A DNA stretch of 39,149 nt. Source: a bacterium. Its GTDB lineage: Bacteria > Babelota > Babeliae > Babelales > JABCYS01. Position 1 is the stretch's first letter; each line of letters starts with the position of its first letter. Made by a program: the position numbers and the translations under genes. A model generated the notes under the pieces. It was not told the DNA's origin. It did no database searches and worked only from the letters and a program-made list of their open reading frames with translations. This document shows, piece after piece, positions 33,594 to 39,149 of this stretch. The stretch spans positions 1 through 39,149 of the forward strand of contig DAIDHG010000002.1 in NCBI GenBank assembly GCA_027452085.1, written 5' to 3'.

Positions 33594-34445
33594 TTACCTT
33601 TTTGAACGTTTAATTGTTTTAGTGCGCTTGGTACTTTTAGGGATGCTCGCTTCTAGGAGCTTAAGAAGGGATGGATGGTGGGTTTCAGCTGACTTCTTTT
33701 CTTTGGGTATTCTTTTCTTTGCAACGTGTCCATGGGCCTCCTCCTTTATTTTCTCTTTGAGCTTCTCCATGAATGTATCTTTAAACTTGGAGATATCGAA
33801 CTTCTTCCCGGTCTGGAGGCTGATTAGTTTTTGTGCAACCTCCATTTCTGGTGCGGATGCCTTCATGGTTTCTACATGGTGATGTTCGTAAGCAAGTTCT
33901 TGAATGGAATTAATTGAAACAACTTCGTAGGTATAGTTTAATGTTGTTATCAATAAAATTCCTTGGTATGCCTCGATTGATACTACATATTCTTTATCTC
34001 GCATGACAAATCGGCCAATAGCAACCTTATTTGTTTTGTGTAAAGCGGCAACAAAAAGTGAGAATGCTTTTTCGCTTGCTTTGTTGCTTGGCCCTGCATA
34101 ATAATGTTGGTCATAGTAGACGGTTGGGATATCTTTGCGTTCTAAAAATTCAACCAGATTAATGGTATCGGTTTTTTCAGGCCTGAGCTTTTTTAGTGCT
34201 TCAGGCGTAATAAGAAAGTAGGTCTCTTTCCCATTGGTATTGTTGAGAGGCAATGCTTTGATTGTTTCATCCCAAGCAACCTCACGGTTACAAGTATCAC
34301 ACCATCGTTTGTTGCGAATTGGCGTTTGACATTTTTCATGCAATAATCGAAAGCCGATAGCATGTGCACGCACGGCGGTGAAAAGTTGAATAGGAATATT
34401 GACAAGGCCGAGCGAGATTGACCCTTTCCAAATGGTTCGTGCCAT
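33594..34445 (-). CDS. ku: Non-homologous end-joining protein Ku
   Basis: MARTIWKGSISLGLVNIPIQLFTAVR is the hallmark bacterial Ku N-terminus. RFVMRDKEYVVSIEAYQGILLITTLNY is the core. The C-terminal tail is basic. I prefer ATG 34445 (RBS aaaggaaaaa); the track start is 34469. Confidence 0.9.
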   Translation of the reverse strand: MARTIWKGSISLGLVNIPIQLFTAVRAHAIGFRLLHEKCQTPIRNKRWCDTCNREVAWDETIKALPLNNTNGKETYFLITPEALKKLRPEKTDTINLVEFLERKDIPTVYYDQHYYAGPSNKASEKAFSLFVAALHKTNKVAIGRFVMRDKEYVVSIEAYQGILLITTLNYTYEVVSINSIQELAYEHHHVETMKASAPEMEVAQKLISLQTGKKFDISKFKDTFMEKLKEKIKEEAHGHVAKKRIPKEKKSAETHHPSLLKLLEASIPKSTKRTKTIKRSKR

Positions 34446-34600
34446 GGTTTTTCCTTTCTTGTTTACCATGAGTATGCCTATACCCTTTTTGGCGTGACAA
34501 GAATTGGTGGCGGTACAACAATCAATCTGTTATCTATCGCCAACTCTTGCGTAAATATAGTTGTTCTTGTTACAACATACATAAGATGTTGGGAGATCCG

Positions 34601-35641
34601 ATGCGAATAAAAAGTTTATTAATCTTATTCACGTTGCCGTTGGTTGCCGATGATATTAACAATCTCATTATTATTGGTTCAGGACCTGCCGGGTTATCTG
34701 CTGCACTGTGTGCAGCTCGCATGCAGCTTTCGCCATTAGTTGTTGAGGGCGCGGATCCAGGCGGAAACTTACTGTATGCCGGCACGATCGAAAATTGGCC
34801 GGGAGAACCTACTATTACTGGCCCCGAACTTATTGGTCGTATGCGCGATCATGCGGCATCTCAAGGAGCGCGTTTTGTATCAAACACCGTGGCAAGCATG
34901 GATCTCACTCAGTGCCCCTTTACCATTTATTTTACCGATGGTTCCCAGCTTGCTACATGGTCAGTGATCATCGCGTCAGGCACATCGCCACAAAAAATTA
35001 ATTGTCCGGGTGAAGAGGAGTATTGGGGCCGAGGAATTGCCATTTGCCCCATTTGTGATGGCCCATTATTTAAAAGGAAAGCAATCGTTGTTGTTGGATC
35101 AGGCGAAGAAGCAATCACGCGCGCATTATTTATGCTGCAATATACCAGCAATATAACGATAATTAGCAATTGTAGTGACATCAATGCCTGCCCATCGCTG
35201 CGCAAAAAATTGTTGGCTGAATCGGCAATCAAAATTATTTTTAATGCACAGGTAACTGAAATTATTGGCGATGGTAATCGAGTGACTGGTGTTAGGATTG
35301 ATTCGAGCGCAGATATTATTCCAGCCGCCGGTATATTTTTAGCATTGGGCGAACAGGGTCGCACTGATTGGTGCGGTACCCAATTAGCGATTGATCAAAA
35401 GGGGTACATCATACTCGATGGCCCAGTGTACACGACAGTTCCCGGCGTTTTTGCTGCAGGTACTGTTGCCACAACGGTATATGGTAGACCATATACATTA
35501 GCACTATCGGCCGCGGGAAGTGGTTGTATGGCCGCTCTTGCGGCATGGAATTATATATGTGATGTACAAGGATCGGTTGATGCATTGCCTGCCGATCTTA
35601 ATAAAACAGTTTGTCCAGATTGTTGGAGCTCTCGATGTTAG
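34601..35641 (+). CDS. Atypical thioredoxin-reductase-like flavoprotein with a hydrophobic N-terminal leader and Cys-rich C-terminal tail
   Basis: ATG 34601 with RBS gggag. Leader MRIKSLLILFTLPLVADD, then IIIGSGPAGLSAALCAA (FAD motif), CPIC (35045..35056), VVVGSGEEAITRALF and GVFAAGTV...SAAGSGCMAAL. A 30-aa tail follows: ICDVQGSVDALPADLNKTVCPDCWSSRC (CPDC at 35612..35623). Confidence 0.8.
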   Translation: MRIKSLLILFTLPLVADDINNLIIIGSGPAGLSAALCAARMQLSPLVVEGADPGGNLLYAGTIENWPGEPTITGPELIGRMRDHAASQGARFVSNTVASMDLTQCPFTIYFTDGSQLATWSVIIASGTSPQKINCPGEEEYWGRGIAICPICDGPLFKRKAIVVVGSGEEAITRALFMLQYTSNITIISNCSDINACPSLRKKLLAESAIKIIFNAQVTEIIGDGNRVTGVRIDSSADIIPAAGIFLALGEQGRTDWCGTQLAIDQKGYIILDGPVYTTVPGVFAAGTVATTVYGRPYTLALSAAGSGCMAALAAWNYICDVQGSVDALPADLNKTVCPDCWSSRC

Positions 35642-38220
35642 CAAAATATGCTACCCAAACCATAGCTGCTGTTTTAGCTCATTTCGGCACTCAACCGGAA
35701 GGTTTAAGTGAGTATGAAGCGCGCCAGCGCTTAAGGAAAGTTGGCTACAATGAAATTTCTCAAAAAGAAGAAGCATGGTGGCATTTGGTCATTCGCCAAA
35801 TTAACTGTTCATTTACGTATCTACTACTTGGTGCCTCTGGTATAGCCTATTTTGTGACTCAAGATAGCCTTGAAGCTACCATCATTATGATTATTGTACT
35901 CATCAACACGGCGCTTGGATTTTTTCAGGAATACCGCGCATCGCGAGCCTTGCAATATCTAAAAAGTTTTATCGTAAGCAAGACGCATGTGCTCCGTGCA
36001 AATACCGTGATTACGGTGCTCACGCGTGAACTGGTGCCTGGTGACATTATTTTGCTTGAAGCGGGCGATATTATACCCGCAGACGTTCGTATTATTGAAA
36101 GCCATGGGTTTCAGGTTGATGAATCAGCATTAACGGGCGAAACGATTGCGGTAGCAAAATCAAGTGCACCTATGGCACAAGAGCCCGAGCATCCATATCA
36201 AGCGACGAACATGTGCTTTGCTTCCACCACGGTTTTGTCAGGCTCAGCACATGCAGTGATTGTAGCAACCGGTTCGGAAATGGTGGTTGGTTCAATCGCA
36301 CAACTATTGAGTGAATCCAAACGTGAAAGTTTATTTGCCAAAAATATTAATGCTTTTTCTCGCTTCATTGCTTGGATGGTGGTTATTGCCAGCATTCTTA
36401 CCATTGGTATGCATGTTATTGTTCGTGGGGCTCCACTTTTTGATCCTGAATATTGGATCTATGTGCTGGCTTTGGCAGTTATTATTGTGCCGGAGCTATT
36501 ACCAACAGTAGTTGCCTTGTCGTTGTCGCAGGGTGCCATGGAATTGGCGCGACGAAAAGTTATTGTAAAGCGACTGACTGCTATCGAAGATTTAGGCAGC
36601 ATTGATATTTTGTGCACCGATAAAACAGGAACGCTTACTGAAAACAAGCTCACGTTGGTAGAAACATATGAAATAGAAAAGCAACTGCTCAAGTATGCCT
36701 GCTTATTTGCCAACCATACGTGCGAAGGCCGCAGCGCACAAGGGCAATCGTCGAATGCTTCGCCATTTGATGATGCGATTATGGCATATACCGATGATGA
36801 TGCCCAAAAGTATGCCTGCAGCTATCGGCCATCTCTGTTTGTGCCGTTTGAGCCGGAACGACGCCGCAGTAGTGCCGTATTTCATAATCCAACAAACAAC
36901 ACCTATCTTTTGGTTGTTTGGGGAGGTCATGAGGAGTTATTAAAGCATTCAAACAATATTTCTGAATCACAAGCAGATGAGATGCAGAAATTTGTTATGC
37001 GCCAGGGCGAGCAAGGGCGCAGGGTTATTGGTATTGCAATCCGTCATTTGACGGCCGAGCCGAGTGATGTGCGTACGGCAGAAGAAAATTTAACATTTGC
37101 TGGTTTGCTTTCATTTGTAGATCCCATCAAGGCAAGCACGTATACCGCAATAAAAGGTGCACAGGAACTTGGGCTTAAGATTAAAATCTTGACCGGTGAT
37201 AGCCCTGAAGTTGCTGGCTATGTGGGCGTGCAGATTGGGCTTTGCCAGTCAATTGGGCAGGTAATGATGGGCGATGTTTTTGCCAAGCTTGGTGATACGG
37301 AAAAACTGGATGCCGTAAAACGGTTTGCCATTTTTGCGCGCGTAAGCCCGCATCAAAAATATGAGATTATAAAGCTCCTGCAAAGCCAAGGTTTTCATGT
37401 TGGCTTCATGGGCGATGGCATCAATGATGCGCCTGCCTTACACGCTGCTCATGTGGCAATGGTTGTTGACGGAGCGACTGATATTGCTCGTGAAGCAGCT
37501 GACATTGTACTGCTCAAAAAGAGTTTGTGTGTCATCATTGATGGCATTCATTATGGCAGAACAATTTTTGCAAACACGGTTAAATATATCAAAGTAAGTT
37601 TGGCGGGGAGCTTTGGTAACTTTTATGCCATGTCTATTATCTCGCTGTTTGTTGATTATTTGCCGATTTTGCCCATCCAAATTCTATTGCTCAACATTCT
37701 TTCGGATATCCCATTACTTGCACTTTCTACCGATTATGTGGAACCTGCCGAGTTGAAAGAGCCAAAGCAATATAGCTTGCGTGATATTGCGATGTTTACG
37801 ACCGGTATGGGCTTGTTTAGCTCGTTATTTGATTTTTCATTGTTCCTGTGGTTTCGCCAATTTGGCGTAGAAATATTACGTACCTGTTGGTTTGTAGGCA
37901 GTATTTTATCTGAAGCGATCTTTTTAATGGTGGTGCGTTCTCGCAAGCCGATATGGCGTGCCGTTGGCCCATCACGTGCCTTGCTCATTCCGTTGATATT
38001 GTCGCTCACATTGACCTTGGCCTTGCCCTCTATGGGCTGGGGGCAGCGCTTCTTTAAATTTGTGCCGCTAAATTGGCAACTTCTGCAATACTTTGTTATC
38101 TTCGGCGCCGTCTATTTTGTAGCAATCGAAGTAGCAAAGCGCATGTACTATCGCTTTGTGATTGGTGACGCAGCGCGCAATGATGAACATAAGAAATCTG
38201 CACAAGGAACCGATTCTTAA
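35635..38220 (+). CDS. mgtA: Magnesium-translocating P-type ATPase (MgtA-like)
   Basis: Cation-ATPase N-terminus (GLSEYEARQRLRKVGYNEI), LTGETIAV, PELLP in TM4, ICTDKTGTLTENKL and MGDGINDAPAL. There are MgtA-specific blocks KYIKVSLAGSFGNFYA and LPILPIQILLLNILSD. ATG 35635 overlaps the upstream stop (ATGTTAG). Confidence 0.8.
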   Translation: MLAKYATQTIAAVLAHFGTQPEGLSEYEARQRLRKVGYNEISQKEEAWWHLVIRQINCSFTYLLLGASGIAYFVTQDSLEATIIMIIVLINTALGFFQEYRASRALQYLKSFIVSKTHVLRANTVITVLTRELVPGDIILLEAGDIIPADVRIIESHGFQVDESALTGETIAVAKSSAPMAQEPEHPYQATNMCFASTTVLSGSAHAVIVATGSEMVVGSIAQLLSESKRESLFAKNINAFSRFIAWMVVIASILTIGMHVIVRGAPLFDPEYWIYVLALAVIIVPELLPTVVALSLSQGAMELARRKVIVKRLTAIEDLGSIDILCTDKTGTLTENKLTLVETYEIEKQLLKYACLFANHTCEGRSAQGQSSNASPFDDAIMAYTDDDAQKYACSYRPSLFVPFEPERRRSSAVFHNPTNNTYLLVVWGGHEELLKHSNNISESQADEMQKFVMRQGEQGRRVIGIAIRHLTAEPSDVRTAEENLTFAGLLSFVDPIKASTYTAIKGAQELGLKIKILTGDSPEVAGYVGVQIGLCQSIGQVMMGDVFAKLGDTEKLDAVKRFAIFARVSPHQKYEIIKLLQSQGFHVGFMGDGINDAPALHAAHVAMVVDGATDIAREAADIVLLKKSLCVIIDGIHYGRTIFANTVKYIKVSLAGSFGNFYAMSIISLFVDYLPILPIQILLLNILSDIPLLALSTDYVEPAELKEPKQYSLRDIAMFTTGMGLFSSLFDFSLFLWFRQFGVEILRTCWFVGSILSEAIFLMVVRSRKPIWRAVGPSRALLIPLILSLTLTLALPSMGWGQRFFKFVPLNWQLLQYFVIFGAVYFVAIEVAKRMYYRFVIGDAARNDEHKKSAQGTDS

Positions 38221-39133
38221 TCTTTTAGTGGTGTTCATACTCTTTTTTTTCGCGCTTAATCGTTTTATTTCTCATCAATCTGATATGTGTGAGCAGTATG
38301 CCTCATGGATCATGCAACCAATCTTATCAGCGCAGCAGAAATGGATTAACCATTGGCAACAAAAAGAGCAGGAGCGTATAAGCATTGCTCAGGCACTTGA
38401 GCAGCTGCGGTCTGTGCAACAAGAATTGGCCTGGACACAATCAGCATTGATTTCCGCCCATAATGAATTGTATACAAACACATTAACCAGCGCATTGATC
38501 AATACCAACAGTTTTTTAATGGTGGCAGAGACCGACACTCACCATGAATCACCACGATCAAGAAGAAGAAAAAAAAGAAAGCCGGCAGCTCAGCAGGAGC
38601 ACGAGGCCATACCGGAAAAGATAATGGTTGTGCAACAACAACCTATACTGCTTGCGCCGATTGTATTAAGAAATATTACTGATGAGTCACATTTCGTTTT
38701 GATTGAAGGGGGTGCCGATAAGGGAATAGCCGTTAATATGGTGTGTGTCTATCAAAATAATCTGATTGGTCGGGTAATCGAAGTGTATGATCATTTAAGT
38801 AAGGTTCTTTTGGTAACCGATCGCTCATGCAAAGTGTCGGCGGTCTGTTCTAAACAAAAAGTTCCGGGTATTTATGAAGGTGCAAATGTCTGCTCTCGCG
38901 GCAAGCTGTGCCATGTGAGTCATCTGTATGATATTCAATGTGATGATGTTGTTATTACCAGTGGTGAGGGCTTGTTGTTTCCGCGAGGCTTTATGCTCGG
39001 CCGAATAGCGCAGGCAGAACGCGTTGGCGTTCATTATGAAATTGCGGTAAAACCGCTCGTTGATATTCGTGCAATTACTGCTTTGGCAATTTTGGGAACC
39101 AAAGCATCTGGTATGGACGCTTCTTGCGTATAA
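38180..39133 (+). CDS. mreC: Rod shape-determining protein MreC
   Basis: N-terminal TM (ILNLLVVFILFFFAL), a coiled coil (LEQLRSVQQELAWTQSAL), and C-terminal beta domains ending in VITSGEGLLFPRGFMLGRI (the MreC signature TSG..g.fP.G..iG.v). The start is uncertain (38162, 38180 or 38183), and each option overlaps the mgtA end. Confidence 0.75.
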   Translation: MMNIRNLHKEPILNLLVVFILFFFALNRFISHQSDMCEQYASWIMQPILSAQQKWINHWQQKEQERISIAQALEQLRSVQQELAWTQSALISAHNELYTNTLTSALINTNSFLMVAETDTHHESPRSRRRKKRKPAAQQEHEAIPEKIMVVQQQPILLAPIVLRNITDESHFVLIEGGADKGIAVNMVCVYQNNLIGRVIEVYDHLSKVLLVTDRSCKVSAVCSKQKVPGIYEGANVCSRGKLCHVSHLYDIQCDDVVITSGEGLLFPRGFMLGRIAQAERVGVHYEIAVKPLVDIRAITALAILGTKASGMDASCV

Positions 39134-39149
39134 TAATTTGAGGCTTTAC

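Noticed and set aside
38540-38600. NLS-like RRRKKRK stretch in MreC as a eukaryotic nuclear-targeting signal
   Set aside because: MreC is a periplasmic or bitopic morphogenesis protein. A short basic linker in an AT-rich (aag/aaa-rich) genome is more likely compositional. It is noted only as an insert under the mreC finding.
1-39149. Scan for CRISPR arrays, IS elements, rRNA, toxin-antitoxin pairs and classical defence islands
   Set aside because: I saw no regularly spaced direct repeats, no transposase or integrase-plus-att architecture, no rRNA-like segments, and no small adjacent toxin/antitoxin ORF pairs. The only PIN domain is part of a standard PhoH2 fusion.

Overview
Dense, moderately AT-rich bacterial chromosome segment with about 41 protein-coding genes and 2 tRNAs. 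I saw no rRNA, CRISPR array, transposase or prophage signature. All calls come from reading the translations and DNA by eye; no database or HMM search was possible.

Most of the window is housekeeping:
- Translation: tsf, frr, tRNA-Lys/Leu, a trigger-factor-like gene, rpmH (missed by the ORF track), rpmB, rpsT, thrS, a free-standing AlaX editing protein, rnpA, yidD, ychF.
- Envelope of a diderm cell: tolQ-tolR-tolA-tolB, a class B PBP, mreC, an NfeD/SPFH pair.
- DNA maintenance: a Xer-type recombinase, endonuclease III, Ku plus an ATP-dependent ligase.
- Others: PhoH2, FtsH, trxB, an MgtA-type P-type ATPase.

At least eight signal-peptide-bearing orphan proteins are interspersed among these genes. 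Several carry eukaryote-like features (ankyrin repeats, proline-rich or acidic tracts). By inference this suggests a host-associated, compact-genome bacterium.

The most unusual observations:
1. An FtsH whose AAA+ module is tandemly duplicated, with both copies apparently intact, upstream of a single M41 protease domain.
2. A previously unrecognised secreted domain family ('F-x-NKT ... IR-x-V ... LEPQT'). Three tandem paralogs sit at the left edge (one is only a distant member) and a fourth lies at about 14 kb. One copy is fused to ankyrin repeats and another to a proline-rich/acidic tail.
3. A second, atypical thioredoxin-reductase paralog with a hydrophobic N-terminal leader and a Cys-rich CPDC tail, translationally coupled to the MgtA-like ATPase.
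4. A 66-aa Lys/Ala/Arg/Thr-repeat histone-H1-like protein with a perfect palindrome upstream.
5. A possible TIKI/TraB-type secreted hydrolase.
6. A minimal Ku plus ligase-only NHEJ pair.
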